64,000 nucleotides of DNA from Eledone cirrhosa (Eukaryota), in the NCBI GenBank assembly GCA_964016885.1, contig OZ024752.1, positions 19,468,001-19,532,000 of the forward strand, read 5' to 3'. Below the pieces are notes generated by a model, which had not been told where the DNA came from, made no database searches, and worked only from the letters and a program-made list of their open reading frames with translations. The translations under genes and the position numbers were made by a program. Positions 1-15,052 of the stretch are shown here, one piece after another. Numbering within the stretch: the stretch's first letter is position 1; every line of letters begins with the position of its first letter.

Positions 1-1135
1 ACTTAACCCACACAGTCATGTCTCATCTCAACTTAACCCACAGAGCCACACCGATCTCAACTTAACCCACACAACCACACCTCATCTCAACTTGAGTCAC
101 ACAGCCACACCTGATCTCAACTTAACCCACACATCCACACCCGATCTCAACTTAACCCACACAGCCATGTCTCATCTCAACTTAACCCACACAGCCACAC
201 CTGATCTCAACTTAACCCACACAGTCACACTTCGTCTCAACTTAACCCACACAGCGACACCTCATCTAAACTTAACCCACACAGCCACACCTCATCTCAA
301 CTTAACCCACACTGCCATGTCTCATCTCAACTTATCCCACACAGCCATGTCTCATCTCAACTTAATCCATACACCCATGTCTCATCTCAACTTAACCCAC
401 ACAGCCATGTCTCATCTCAACTTAACCCAAACAACCACACCTGATCTCAACTTAACCCACATAGCCATGTCTCATCTCGACTTAACCCACACAGCCACAC
501 CTGACCTCAACTTAACCCACACAACCACGTCTGATCTCAACTTAACCCACACAGCCATGCTTGATCTCAACTTAACCCACACAGCCACATCTCGTCTCAA
601 CTTAACCCACACAGCCACACCTCATCTCAACTTAACCCACATAGCCATGTCTCATCTCAACTTAACCCTCACAGCCACACCTGACCTCAACTTAACCCGC
701 ACAACAACGTCTGATCTCAACTTAACCCACACAGCCATGCCTGATCTCTACGTAACCCACACAGCCACACCTGATCTCAACTTAACCCACACAACCAGAC
801 CTGATCTCAACTTAACCCACACAGCCATACCTGATCTCAACTTAACCCACACAACCATGCCTGATCTCAACTTAGCCCACACAGCCATGTCTGATCTCAA
901 CTTAACCCACACAGCCATGTCTCATCTCAACTTAACCCACAAAACCATGTCTGATCTCAACTTAACCCACACAGCCATGCTCCTCATCTCAACTTAACCC
1001 ACACAGCCACACCTCATCTCAACTTAACCCACACAGCCATGCCTGATCTCAACTTAACCCACACAACCACACCTCATCTCAACTTAACCCACAGAGCCAC
1101 ATCTGATCTCAATTTTACCCACACAGCCACATCTG
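1..1135. repeat. 30-bp minisatellite (CTCATCTCAACTTAACCCACACAGCCAYRY), about 37 units, runs off the window start
   Basis: Direct tandem periodicity of 30 nt; the ORF 92-997 only reflects the 10-codon period. Confidence 0.97.
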
Positions 1136-1300
1136 CACCCAATCTTAGGTATGTTAACCTTTTCGAACAATATTTGAAAGACAGATATTGCTTCCCTTTT
1201 CAAATAGATTTGAAAATAATAAAGAATTTGGACGCATTTAGTAATGTGACTACTATTCTCACTATTAATATGGTGTTTAGAACATAAACTTAACAAAAGT

Positions 1301-1465
1301 CCGAGGTTAACTTTACCTTTCATCCTTACGGGGTCGATAAAATAAAGTACCAGTAATACACTGGACAATTGCTGGCCTTGTGCCAAAAGTAGAAACAATT
1401 AAATTATAATTGTTTCTACTTTTGGCACAAGGCCAGCAATTACCCTCGGCGGGTTAACTTTGCCT
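1301..1465. mobile_element. Two truncated, oppositely oriented fragments of the Meta-domain tRNA SINE
   Basis: CCTTTCATCCTTACGGGGTCGATAAAATAAAGTACCAG core plus GGCCTTGTGCCAAAAGTAGAAACAATT tail, then an inverted, internally deleted copy. Confidence 0.85.
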
Positions 1466-1574
1466 AAAACAATTAAATTATAATGGAAGTTCTTTTTAAT
1501 AAATATTGACACTTTAAATCAAGCAATTGTTTATCGTAGAACCAAGATGCAAGCCTGAGAAAGGTGTTTTTTTG

Positions 1575-1790
1575 TGGAAGAGCAACAGTCGGTCATGCAT
1601 ACCTGCCTCCTCTCTATCTCTCCCCATTTTGGTACCTATGACGTCACAACTTATTCTTACCAGCTGAGTGGACTAGAGACATGTGGAATAATGTTTCTAC
1701 TCAGGGACACCACGCCCCGTTATCCAACTGTCGACCCCTACCATTGTCAGCTCTACACTTTAGTCAGTGAGCCATGCGACTTCACTCACT
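1575..1790 (-). mobile_element. Degenerate tRNA-derived SINE (second family)
   Basis: CAGCTGAGTGGACTAGAG...CTCAGGGACAC block similar to copies at 22455-22710 and 23255-23530. Confidence 0.55.
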
Positions 1791-2289
1791 TAAGATATCT
1801 TTACAGTAGTAGCATAAAAGTAGGCAAGGTGAAAATATTTCCTCATTCCGTCAGTCAACAGACATACTGTTTATACACTCGTCACCTATCGAGCCTTACT
1901 ACCTACTTATATTTCAGCATCGTCCCCCCACCCTTCTCTTCCTTTTACACCTCCTCCTCATTACTATCATCATCTCCATCATCACTATCATCATCACTAT
2001 CATCACCATCTCCTTCATCGCCAACATCGTCTTCTTCTTCCTTCTACTTTACTATCATCATCATCCCCATCATAACCATGGCAGTAATCCAATGTCTGAA
2101 ACCAGTAAAAGAATAAAAGAAAGTTTATCTAAAAAACATGCCATCATAATTTATGTAAGAACCTATGTTATGTCATGTTCCAAACATTAACTTAATAATG
2201 AGAAAATTAGTTATATTACTTAATCCATCTAAATTCTTTATTGAAGAAAACGAAAATAAAATGAAAGAAGAAATTAACAAATATCTCTG

Positions 2290-2462
2290 TGTTGGTTCCT
2301 GCCGATAAAATGGTGAAGACCTTGTTACGGGGAACGGCCAGTGACACCCGCTGCAACAGCCACTTCACCTCACGAGGCCCTTTCTTAGGCAGGCCCACAT
2401 TTCCCGATTTTGTGAAGAAAATGACAGTTCGGGGACCTAGGACACCTGAAGTCTCGACGGCA
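2290..2462 (-). mobile_element. CRE-like non-LTR retrotransposon fragment, C-terminal end of the restriction-like endonuclease
   Basis: Minus translation AVETSGVLGPRT...GPREVKWLLQRVSLAV...IL resembles the VETxGxWG...QRISxAxQRGN tail of RLE LINEs. Confidence 0.6.
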
Positions 2463-2611
2463 GAATTATTTGAAGATCATAGGCTGTGTCTTTTGTTAGG
2501 AATATGGTAAGAATATTATTTGAAGATCATAGGCTGTGTCTTTTATTAGGAATATGGTAAGAATATTATTTGAAGATCATAGGCTGTCTTTTATTAGGAA
2601 TATGGTAAGAA
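2463..2611. repeat. About 50-bp unit repeated three times in tandem
   Basis: GAATATTATTTGAAGATCATAGGCTGTGTCTTTTATTAGGAATATGGTAA x3. Confidence 0.9.
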
Positions 2612-3010
2612 AAGAGTTAAACGATATCTTGAGAGATAGAACCATTCCGTCCTTCCATCTTTCTTTCTTTCTTTCTTTCTCTTCCTACATATATTTCAGA
2701 GAAATCGGAGACAGAAGTCTCAAACTCTTAAACAGCCTTTACTGGTGCCAAGAAAAATAAACCCCACTCACCACTATTACCGCCACCACCACCACCATCA
2801 TCATTATCAATATGTGTGAAGTGTTCTCTACATATGGTAATCAGGATAGCTTCCGTCAGGCAGTAGAACTGTTTCCCGTCATAATGACAAATGAAAAACC
2901 TAAATATTTATAAGCGCCTTATTTAAAAACATATTCATGTAGTTTATTACTGACACACCCACACACACACTGAAAGGTACACATACACACACAGACACAC
3001 ACACTGAAAG

Positions 3011-3250
<240 letters not shown>

Positions 3251-3254
3251 CTAT

Positions 3255-3286
<32 letters not shown>

Positions 3287-3344
3287 ATATATATACATAC
3301 GTATTGAAAATATAGTCGCCACAGTGGAGGAGATAATTATAATA

Positions 3345-3525
3345 ATTGTTTCTACTTTTAGCACAAGGCCAGCAATTATTCCAGTGTATTACTGGTACTT
3401 TATTTTATCGACCCCGTAAGGATGAAAGGCAAAGTTAACCTCGACGGGATTTGAACTCAGACCGTAAAGGGACGTAACTATTCTAGAAAGCATGGCGTCC
3501 AACCCTCAACCGCTACTGCCAATGG
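3345..3525 (-). mobile_element. Full-length Meta-domain tRNA SINE
   Basis: A-box-like TGGCAGTAGCGG, B-box GAGTTCAAATCC, Meta core and GTAGAAACAATT tail on the minus strand. Confidence 0.9.
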
Positions 3526-3905
3526 TTGATAACTATAAACATCGGAGCAGAGTTGGCCGCCCGCAATGTATTCTCTGTCCTGTCGGTCGGGAACCTGAGG
3601 TGGAGGATACCCGTGTGGACGTCACTTTCACACATTAAACGCGGGCTATATATTTTTATCAGAACAGTTTTACTTACATTAACTTCATTGTTTTCACAGT
3701 GGCAGTATATTATACAATGGACAGTCGATCGACAAGATCCCAGACTTCATCACTTAACAAGTCGGGTGGAGTACGTCACATTGGACCGAGGAAGCTGTTT
3801 CCCTTGGTCTTTCCAATTGCTAATACAATCTGTCGGTCGCAACTCCAGGGAGAAGGCTAAGTTACGAGAGATGAACATACATATATCATCATCATCCTCA
3901 TATAT

Positions 3906-3959
<54 letters not shown>

Positions 3960-4199
3960 TAGTTTTTAGAAAGGAATCAATCGGTAAGACCCCAGACCTC
4001 TTTTGTTTACCGACTGGGATGGAACTCGTCAAATCAGACCAAGGAAACAATGTTTCCATTGGTCTTTCCATTGCAGATATTATTTACCGGTTGCAACATG
4101 AAATAAAGTGTCTTGCTCAAGGACATAACCCACCACCACCACCACCCTTGCCCCAGGAAAGAGGGGAAAGAGAGGAAAAGTCAAATGAGGTTGTGGTAT

Positions 4200-5658
4200 A
4201 GGGCTGAAAAAAACGTTAGGTAGATTAAAATAATTATTAGGATATATATATGTATGTCTAGGAAGAAGAAAGGGAAAGAAAGAAAAGCTTGTATTGGCGT
4301 GAATTTAAAAAGAATTAGCAGTTTATAGGAATGGTGGAATATGATTCCAGAATTTAAAAAATTATTTAGCTACATTATGAGTTATAATATTATATATTAG
4401 ATTATATTATATATTATCAATTAGATTATATGAAGAATTATGGTTGTAAGTACATTTTATCTTATTACATTGCAACAGGTTGTAAGTATATAAATATCTA
4501 TATAGATTAATAATTGTGCAAGTATAAGTATTATTGGTGATTTTATAGAAATAAACCACACGTATTAATTGTTTATATTTCTAATATGAGTTACGAAGGA
4601 TGTTGATTTTATATTTTACATAAATATTTAAGAAAAAGACGTACTTCAAGTTGTAAGAGGAGAACAATTTGTAGATTCAAATATTTTGTTCCAACATTGA
4701 AAATGTTTTCAGAACATTGTTAATTTAGCGAAATTATATAATTTATCATACAAGTTATCATGTCTATGTTTGCTCAATTGTAAAGGAAAAGATAACTCCA
4801 ATATTATTTGCTAACTATTAAATTTGATGAATGATTTTCTTAGAAAGTATGTAGAGAAAATTATATATTATTTTGTGTGAGATTATAAGGTATTTTATAT
4901 TATATGTTTTTCAAGGATGAGAATTTCAATTACATATTATTTATGTCGAAAGATGTGTGAAAAGTTTGAAGATTAAAGAGAGGAAAAATGTATTATTAGA
5001 TAAGTCAAGAGTGATTTTAGAAGAACTATCGTTTACGAGGATATCTTTCAGAATGTCATTTAAAAAGTATCAATCTAAATCTAAAAAATAGAATAAGAAG
5101 AGTATCATTAGGAAAAGAATATCAAATGGTAAAAATACTAAATTTAAGAAGGAAGATCATTTAAACAATTTAAATTTTTTAAAGAAAAACCCAGTAAATA
5201 ATAGCATCATTTTAAAGGTGTATAAGATATAGTCAAGTGTAATGAATATCATAGATTAAAAATACTTTGGAAAGTGGATTTTTGGCGATGTCTGCAAGAA
5301 GTGAATAATTCTGTTTTTAAATTAATAGTGTTTTGACAGTTAATTATATAAAAAATTTCCTCGATACATAAAATGACAGATTCTTGAGAATTCATATTTC
5401 AGTATGCAGGAGCTTTCGAAATCGTTCGCCAAGATATTGAATGGTCTATATTGTTGTCCTTTAAAGTCCAAATTAGATGTGAAAGTGAAGTGGAAGATTT
5501 TTTATCGGACCTATTAAATGTATGTTTGTGGTTGTACCAGTGTTCTTTGAATTTTGTAGAAGTGGCACCTATATAGTTAAATATTGTGTCTCTAGTTTTA
5601 ACTGTGCATTTATAAATTAAGTTTTTGTCTAAGCAATTATTTTGTCTAAGTAATTATT
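4200..5658 (-). mobile_element. 5'-truncated Penelope-like element (GIY-YIG end plus AT-rich 3' region), tandem partner of the 5745-9350 copy
   Basis: 5250-5650 aligns by eye with 7030-7430 (CLDKNLIYKC...SCRHRQK); the 3' region is also homologous. Confidence 0.85.
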
Positions 5659-5659
5659 T

Positions 5660-5710
<51 letters not shown>

Positions 5711-5790
5711 GTATCTACATATATATACATATATTTGTACATATATCAATGATATTAATAAATGGAAACTATATTTATAAAACCATATTT

Positions 5791-5850
5791 ATTTTATTAT
5801 ATATATTTCAAGTGTACCAAAAACTTTGGTACGCCCTCATCAGATAAAAT
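5791..5850 (-). ncRNA. Minimal type-I hammerhead ribozyme in the PLE 3' repeat
   Basis: AUUUUAU CUGAUGA GGGCGUACCAAAGUUUUUGGUACACUU GAAA UAUAUA UA AUAAAAU; stem I pairs and stem III is palindromic. Confidence 0.85.
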
Positions 5851-7031
5851 ACAAAATTTGTTTTATAAATAGTGACATATCCCAGAAACCAGACCTTATT
5901 GGTTCAGGTTCCGTTTGGATAGTGAAAGGAAAGGGAAAAAGAAAAAAGAAAAAAATTTCAAATCTTTAGGATGGATATGTAAATGAAGTAGAAGCGTAGA
6001 CTGAAAAAGTCGTTACATTTAGACGCTAGGTAAATTTAAATAATTATGAGGACACTTTATAAAGGAAGAAGAAAGTAAATTTAAATATTAAAAATGTGTT
6101 GAAGTGGCAGAAAACTAATCTAAAAATGTTTAATATATAACCAAATCATGAGTTATAATATTATATAGATAATCCTTATAATTATATTTTATGAAGAATT
6201 ACGGTTGTAAGTACACTTAAGCTTATTATATTACAACAGGTCATTTATATAAATATTTATATTTATATAAATAAATAAAAATATAAAAATTATTGGTGAT
6301 TATATAGTTGTTATTTTAAGTAGATAAATAATTCAAATATTATTTTATAATTTAAGGGTTACGAAAGATATTGTGTTTACATTTTCAATATATAGTTAAG
6401 AAAAAGACGTAGTTCAAATTTTATTAGAGAAGAACTTTTTGTACTTTCAAATAGTTCCATCGAGATAGAAAACATTTACCGAAAATTATTAAGTTAACGA
6501 AATTATAGAGAATTTATTATTTATGTTGTTAAGAGAGGATGTTTTTGCGTGCTACATTTTAAAGGAAAAGATAACTCCAATATTTCTTAGTTACGCTATT
6601 TACGTTAGATTTGTCATTTATATTAGAATTTACTTAAAAAAACGGAATGTATGTAGAGAAAATGTTATATATTATTTTGTGTATGATTATAAGGTATTTT
6701 ATATTACATGTTTTCAAAGATGAGAATTTCTTTTATATATGTATTTAGATATTATCTATATATTCAATTAGGAAGAAAATATTATTACAGACACCATGAG
6801 TGTATTTAGAAACTATCACAAAAAAAGGATATATTTCAAAATATCAATTAAAAAATATATATCAATTAAAAATATATATCAATTAAAAAAAACAATAAGA
6901 AGAATATCAATTGGAAAAGAATGTCATTGGTAAAAAATTACATAAAAAGAAAAATATCATTTAAAAATCACCACTAAACATGGACAGAAGCATATTGAAG
7001 ACATATAAAATGTGAACAAGTGAAATATATA

Positions 7032-9293
7032 CTATAGATTAAAAATACTTCGGAAAGTCATTTTTTGGCGATGTCTGCAGGAAGTGAATATTTCTTTCTT
7101 TAAGTTGATAGAGTTTTGGCAAGTAAGTATATAAAAAATGTCTCCAATACACAAATGTCAGATTCTTGAGAGAGCCATATTTCGGTATGCAGGTGCTTTC
7201 GAAATCGTTCCCCAAGAGATTGAATAGTCAATATTATTGTCTTTTAAGTACCAAATTAGATGTGAAAGTGATGTAGAAAAGTTTTTATCGGACCTATTAA
7301 AAGTATGTTTATGATTATACCAGCGTTCTTTAAATTTTGTATAAGTGGCTCCGATAGAGTTATATAATTTATCTCTAGTTTTTACTGTGCATTTGTATAC
7401 TAAGTTTTTATCTAGGCAATTATTCTGTAAAGGGCAATTTGATTCGTTTCTACAGTTACATTTACCAGAGTTATTGTCACTATGAACGGTATTATTATTA
7501 TTAGTATTAATATAGTTATTAGTAATATTAATATTGTTATCTTGGTTTATTTAGTTTGGGTTTAAATTTAAGTTTCTATTATTAATTCTATTTATATTTT
7601 GTGCTATGTTCATAGTGGTAGAGTAAGATAGTTTAATAGTATGTCTGTTAAAAAATAAAATGGAATCTATGGGATTTAGGAAAACACTTATCTAATGCTT
7701 TGAAAAATAGTTTTGCTACAGGTGTTTTAACCCCTAATGAGAATGGAGGAGAGTACCAAATAATATTTCTAGTTCTAGTTCTTTTGCTTGATTTACTATT
7801 TAAGTTAAAATGTTTATTATTATTATTATAGTGAATTTTAGAAAGATTTTGCATGATATTGTTATCTAAGTATTTAATTTTATTCATGTAGCCAGCTCTA
7901 TGTAAATCATCATTGTAATATTCTGCCTTATTATCAAAAATATTTTTAACAGCTGAAATGCGTGAAATTCGTTGATGGACACTATTGACAATAGTATTTT
8001 TTACATTTCTAGGATGGTTAGAATTGAAGCTTTCGTAGTTTAGGTTTTCATTAATTTTATGGAAAAGATAATATAGACCTGAGCTAAGGTTTAAAGTTAC
8101 ATCTAAGAAGTTAACAGTTTTATTATTATTCTCAATTTCTAATTTAAGGTTGTAGTTATTGAAAAATTCTATGATAGATTTATTTTTCCTATTAAGTTCA
8201 CTATTGCTATGGTTTTCGATTAAAAGTAACATTTCGTCGCGATATAAACCTCCGGTCATCTCTGGCATTTTTCTATGTAGTATATTAAGAATAAATAATC
8301 CAACGAGGTCTGTTACTTGCGCCGAGTCAGATGATCCCATAGTGATATCAAAATTGTTTTGTCTGTCGACTCTTGTCCAGAGATGGTTATTAAATTCGAT
8401 TAGGGTTTTACGTGCTGTTAGAATGATATTCATTTCATCACTAGATAGGTCTGTATATTTAGAAGTGTAATTAAGTGCCTTATTAAGTAAGCTAGGGGTA
8501 ATTGAGGAGTAGTAATGTGCAATATCCATTTGAATAAATTTTTTCTTATGTTTTAATTTAATGTCTGCAAACCAATCTATTACTTCATTTGTACCGTTCC
8601 ATAGTTTAAGATGTGATTTTAGCTTAAGTAGTGGTATAATTCTATCTAGTATGTGTTTGCTAAATATGTCTAAATCAGATTTAGATGGTGCAATGAGTCT
8701 AACTGGTAGTTCCACTTCAAAATTTCTTTCATATTAATCTTCATATTAATCTTCGGTTTTCTAGGTATAAAGGGTTCTGTCTTATTTTCAATGTCTAATT
8801 TATAAATAATTTCCGAAGCTTCTTTATTTAGGGTTGATCGATCTTGATTTGAGTTTTTTTTAATAGTTTTTCCTAAGTTCCTTCAGTATTAAGTTATTAT
8901 AAGCGTCCTTTTCGATACCGTATAAATTATTGGTTTTGTCCGATTTTACAAGGATCTTCTTTGTTTTTTCTAGATTGTCTATTTTGTTTTGGAGGTATTC
9001 CTGGCCAATAATTGGTTCCTTTTAAATTTAACGTTCTGTATTATGGAGATTATTTCATTTTCAAATTCGGCTAGTAGTTTGTTGAAAGGTGGATTTTTCC
9101 TTGATTTGAAAATAAGATCAAAATTATATTTGGATTTATTTAATTCGTTTTCCGATTTCTTATCAAAATGGAAAGCGCGCCATCTAAGTCTTCTTATGAA
9201 TGAGTCAGATTTTTCTATAAGTTGTTTTACATATTCCTTATTTTTAGGTAAGGGTACAACCTTTAAAGAAAAAGAAATCCCAAAGAATTCCAT
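7032..9293 (-). pseudogene. Disrupted PLE reverse transcriptase / GIY-YIG ORF
   Basis: ORF pieces 8979-9293 and 7648-8715 plus endonuclease ending CRHRQKMTFRSIFNL*; frameshifts, and YRDD reads YRDE. Confidence 0.9.
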
Positions 9294-9356
9294 TATTAAT
9301 TTTTTGCAATTTGTTATAGTTTAAAGTGCTCAACATAAAGGAGCTATTTGCACACT

Positions 9357-9398
<42 letters not shown>

Positions 9399-9574
9399 TA
9401 TATATATATACATACACACGCACACATATATATATATATATATACACACATATATATATATATATGTATATATATACACACACCCATATATATATATACA
9501 TATATGTATATACATATATATATATACACACACACATATATATATATGTATATACACACACACATATATATATG

Positions 9575-9619
<45 letters not shown>

Positions 9620-9622
<3 letters not shown>

Positions 9623-9790
9623 AAAACGTATGACCCCGACGGCAGAACTCAAGCCGTTTCGACGGCTGTTTCTGGACTATTCTGAGTTTAGAAATAGCCA
9701 TCGAAACGGCTTGAGCTCTGCCGTCGGGGTCATACTACCCTAACTATTGAGTACTCTGGTGCGTTATGGTCCATCTGGTTCCTTACCACA
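9620..9790. mobile_element. Palindromic PLE-type remnant carrying the 3' half of a hammerhead
   Basis: Arms TATGACCCCGACGGCAGA...TCTGCCGTCGGGGTCATA; GAAA CGGC-loop-GCCG UC GGGG; same family at 51283-51590. Confidence 0.75.
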
Positions 9791-9886
9791 ATTCCTTTGT
9801 TATATATATATATATATATATAGGTAAGGGTACATCCTTTAGAGAAGAGATGTGTGTATATATATATAATATATATATATATATAT

Positions 9887-9959
<73 letters not shown>

Positions 9960-9970
9960 TATATATACAT

Positions 9971-12010
9971 ATCATCATCATCATCATCATCATTACCGTT
10001 TTACGTCCATTCTTCCACGCTAGACAGGTTGTCCTGTTATGGGCAGTGTCTGGTCGGCTGACCTTGGCTTGCTCATACAGGAACTGATTTTGGCTTGATT
10101 TCTACAGCTGGATGCCCTTCCTAACACCAACCTCATTTACAGTGAGTGCTGGGTGCCTTTTTTCCGTGGCGCCTACACATCCACTTTACAGTGTGGTCTG
10201 GGTGATTTTTTGCCGTGGCACCTCCACGACCACCTTGCAGTGGGGGGTGGGAGGGGGGGATATTGTCTATATTCTTCAGCTTCGGCTTGTACTCGTAGGA
10301 AGTCGGGTCTTCTGTATTACTGCGTGACGCCAGAGGTCACGGTCGTATGTCATCGCCTTTGAGAGGTGCAATTGGGTAAGGTCGGCTTTTATCACCTCAT
10401 CCCAGGTCTTCTTGGGTCTCCCCAATCCGCGGCTTCCATCGACTTCTAGTACTCTGCACCTTTTTATGCAGCTGTCATCCTTCATACGTATCACATATCC
10501 ATACCAACGCAACCTCCTCTCTCGCACACACCATTTGATTCCTCTTATGCTCAGTTTCTCTCTCAATTCGTTTATGCTTTGCCGTTCGCGTATATTACTA
10601 TTACACATCCATCGGAGCATACAAGCTTCGTTTCTTTCTAATCCGCGCAAGTCTTCTACACACAACGCCCAGGTCCCATGTAACATTGCTGTTCGTATGC
10701 ACGCATCATACAGTCTACCTTTCATTTTGAGGGAAAAGCTTTTTGCAGCTAGCAGTGGCAGTAGCTCCCTGAACTTCTTCCATCCCATTCTTACCCTGGT
10801 TACTGTACTTTCCGAAAACCCACCTCCACTGTTAATTCGGTCACCTAGGTAGCAAAAGCTGTCGACTGTTTCTACAGAGCCCTCCCAGAGTTTGGTAGTG
10901 CTTGTTTCCTGTGGCCACTTGCTGCTTGCTGTCCCGGCGCAGCTGTTAAATGTAAAGCCTACATTCTTAGTTAAGCTTCCTGAGATCCCACTACATCTCT
11001 TGTGTACCCATTGTTTGCATTTGGGAAGAGGATGGAGTTCCTACCTACACTTTTCCTACATACTGAGCAAGGCCATTTCCCTGAAGGGATCTGGGTTCAG
11101 TTTTCTCGTCTACTTATGAGGACCTTAGTCTTTGTCAGGTTGACTTTGAGACCCTTTCTTTCTAGTCCCTGCTTCCATGTTTGGAATTTCTTCTCTAGTT
11201 CCACCATAGATTCAGCTATAAGTGTGAGATCATCCGCATATAGGAGTTCCCATGGGCATCCGGTTTTAAACTCCTCCATTATTGCCTGCTGCAATACTAT
11301 AATGAACAGGAGAGGAATAAGAACAGAGCCCTGGTGGACACCGACCTGTATGCTAAATTCCTCACTATAGCCATTGCTAACCCTAACTTCGCTGACTGCT
11401 CCCCTATACATGGCTTGTACAGCTTTCCCAAGCCATTCATCTACTCCTAGTTTTCTAAGAGCCCACCAGATTATAGCACGGGGGACTCTGTCGAAGGCTT
11501 TTTCCAGATCGAGAAATGTCAGGTAGAGCGGCTTACTTTTAGCTAGGTACTTTACCTGTAACTGCCTCACAAGGAAGAGGTCATCAGTGGTGCCTTTTCC
11601 TGGCACAAACCCAAATTGTATCTCATCTAGTTTTACCCGGTCCTTAATCAGCTGTGCTATAACTCTTTCTGCTACTTTCATGACTGGGTCCATCAGCTTT
11701 ATACCTCTATAGTTTCCTCTATCTAGCGCATCACCTTTACACTTGTAGCAGTTGACAATGATGCTGTTGCACCAATCCTTTGGTATAACACCCTGTAGTA
11801 TTACCTGGTTAACAATACGTGTGGTTATGGTGTGACCTACCGACCCAGATGCTTTCAGCATCTCGACAGTTATACCCGATGGACTGGTTGCCTTCCCAGT
11901 CTTCATATCTTTAATTGCCTTACTTACTACGCTGCTGATACTTGCTGGTCCCTCTATAGGGTCCACTTGGGGTAGAGTCTCTTTCTCCCATGCATTGTCC
12001 TCATTTAGTA
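9971..12010 (-). mobile_element. 5'-truncated RTE-clade LINE
   Basis: RT (QFGFVPGKGTTD, DLEKAFDRVP, GVHQGSVL, YADD), Cys-rich PHD-like insert, RRLRWYG...GRPKKTW C-terminus, 3' UTR with (GAT)n tail. Confidence 0.95.
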
Positions 12011-12539
12011 ATCTAAACTATAATAAAGTAAGCAGTGCGGGACTGCGTCCAGAATATATTTTTTTATCCCGTTTGTAAAATAAGTTGGATTACTTTGAAT
12101 AAATAATGAATGAATGTTACATAATTTATCTACTAAATTTCGTTATTCTTGATTAAATCTAAATAATTTTATGGCTTATTTTAAGATTCACTTCTTAAAA
12201 AATGTTCAAGTGTCAACACTTCCGGTTAGCGAACGCTTAAATAAACATTCATATATTTCCGTCACTAATTATCTCCTAATGCAGTTTATATATAATATCG
12301 TCTTTTTTAATGTATCATGGATTACGTTACTGATTACATAAGAGAGTGTAACGCAGTCTTCGTTCAATCTCTGTGGATATTGTCAATTACGATTTTATTT
12401 GATGTATCATATCTACATGCATATATACTTGCGTATAATATCAATATACACACTACACATGCTAGCAGAAAACCATCTGAAGGGGTGTTTTTCTGCTAGT
12501 CTTCCATAATGTCTCTTCCAGGCATCTTTCTTCTCAGCG

Positions 12540-12646
<107 letters not shown>

Positions 12647-12927
12647 CTATCTATGTATATATATATATATATATATAACAGAACGCTCTCACTGTTTGGT
12701 TGGTTTTCGCTTCTGTATCTTTTATATCAATTAATTTATTCGGTCCTTAATGTTTACCATTGACTGACCAACGATAAAAAAATACAGATATAATATAGAC
12801 ACAAACCCATATATATAGTCTAGCACAGTTCTTTCGTTGCAAAGTTCTTTCATTCCGCCTGTTGTATTGTATATCTACGCCATCTTTATTTACTCTGTTT
12901 ATTTATTCATATATCCCCTCCCCCCCC

Positions 12928-12986
<59 letters not shown>

Positions 12987-12987
<1 letters not shown>

Positions 12988-13643
12988 TAGCAGTGGTACC
13001 CGGCGTTGACTGGGATAAGGTATTTTGGAACGTGAACCGCCAACAGACCTAATCGTGGAAAAACTGCATGCCTAGACAATATGTAAAGAAAATAAACCAA
13101 ATACTCTGATGGCTGGATAATCTAAGATTTTCCTCGATGAAGCAGGAAAAAGGCAGGTTTTCATCTAATGCGGGCCCTAGGGATCAAGAAAAGGAATTTT
13201 TTTTATGTGCATAATATGCCTTGAAATTTCGGGAAAATCGACTAGACGTAACGCCTCAAAAACCCTAGAAAGCTGAAAAGTTTTTCACCTAATGCCATAA
13301 AAAGGCCATAAAAAAGTTGGATTTTCTTTGCTCATGGTATGAAGAAGAAACTAACTAATACATAGTTACAATTTCAAGGAAATCGGTCTGACGTAACGCC
13401 TCAAAAAACCCCTAAAAAGCTGGAAAATCGCAGTTTTTCACCTAATGCGGCCTTAGGGGATCAAAAAGTTGAATTTTTTTATGTAACACTCCCTGAAATA
13501 CACATGTAAAGTTTGAAAAAGATCAGTTGGGTACTTCTCGGGTTTCACACATACACACACATACACACATACACACATACATACATACATACATACATAC
13601 ATACATACATCCTTCCTCAGTTTTATATATATACATATATAGA
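12987..13643 (-). mobile_element. Non-autonomous Helitron
   Basis: Minus strand starts TCTATATA...TAAAACTG and ends with hairpin CCCAGTCAACGCCGGG then CTAG|T; same termini as 38292-39205. Confidence 0.8.
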
Positions 13644-14144
13644 TTAAAATAACAGATTAAAGTTTAAGCAAAGAATCGTTGCTTTCACCCTTAACGGGAT
13701 CTTCTGAAACAAAAAACATCAATCTGTGAACGCAGAAGTAAATATTTCGAAAAAGGTTGCAACCGAAGGAAAACAGGAAGACGATACTTTAGTTCATGAA
13801 GACGTTCCCTGGCAATGAACGGAAAATAGGGAACATAATACGTCATCAACGTTCGTCAGAATGTCGTAATAAAGACAGCCAGGCATACAGACAGATATTA
13901 TAAGAGCGCGACGGCGATGGATAACCGGCGCCTAACACCCCTTTAACAACAGAAAATTGAAAAATAAAAGCTGCAGTTAATATCTTTAGACCGCAAGGAA
14001 TTTATAAATGCAAGTTTGAAGTCAATCGGAGTAGAAATGTAGATTTGTATAGACTTTGCCAAAATGAGGACACACAGACAACATCAGTTTTATATATATA
14101 TATATATACCCAGATACACATACACACACACACACACACATACA

Positions 14145-14256
<112 letters not shown>

Positions 14257-14580
14257 GTGTGTGTGTTTGTATGCATATATATATGTGTGTGTGTGTGTGT
14301 ATGTGTATATATATATATGTATATGTGTATATATGTGTGTGTATATATGTGTGTATATATATATATGTATATACAAGTATATATGTATATATGTGTGTAT
14401 GTGTGTGTGTGTATGTGTGTGTGTGTGTGTGTGTGTGAATGTAGCGAAGATAATACGTCAGTAATGTTGTGTTCGTCAGAATGTCGTAATGCAGACAGTC
14501 AGACATGCAGACAGATATTATAAGGGCCCGACGGAGATCGATAACCGGCGTCTAACACCCCTTTAACAACTGACAAAGAA

Positions 14581-14623
14581 ACGATGAACTAGTTTCTAGC
14601 TTATTAGCTGTCATCAGCACCGT
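14581..14623 (-). ncRNA. Minimal type-I hammerhead ribozyme
   Basis: ACGGUG CUGAUGA CAGCU AAUA AGCUA GAAA CUAG UU CAUCGU. Confidence 0.8.
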
Positions 14624-15052
14624 ATACCTGTCAGTCGATTGAACGTTTTAAAGTATATACTTTCCTTAGGCATATTAACGGCTGAGCAGCCTCATTTGCA
14701 TATCGAGTGAGTTACTCGGCCGGGCGCACCGAAAACGGTAAATGGAAAAAATGAAATTTCATTTCTCACTCTTAGTACGGCTGATACTTAAATGTAAGTA
14801 TGTATACGTACATACATATATGTATACAGACGTACACTAGCATGTATATATATACATACATGCACACCTCGTATGTACGTATGTATCTATATATATATAT
14901 ATATGTTTGTGTATATATATATAGGTGTATATATATAAGTATATATATATATCTCGTGGTGGAACACTGGAAGGTAATATCCGTACTGGTAGAGCACTCA
15001 GTCCAAGGGACGGGTTAGGTAGAAGTGGTTACACAACAGTTAGTTCACCATA

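Larger units (their letters stand above)
5745..9350 (-). mobile_element. Near full-length Penelope-like retroelement, Naiad-type, flanked by (TA)n/(CA)n
   Basis: N-terminal FSLKVVPLP...FIRRLRWRAFHF, RT motifs (MDIAHYYSSI, TMGSSDSA, GLYRDE, FLDVTL), CNCRNESNC linker, GIY-YIG endonuclease and a 3' hammerhead. Confidence 0.93.

Noticed and set aside
92-997. 301-aa ORF of LNLTHT repeats
   Set aside because: By-product of a stop-free 30-bp minisatellite; no unique sequence or gene context
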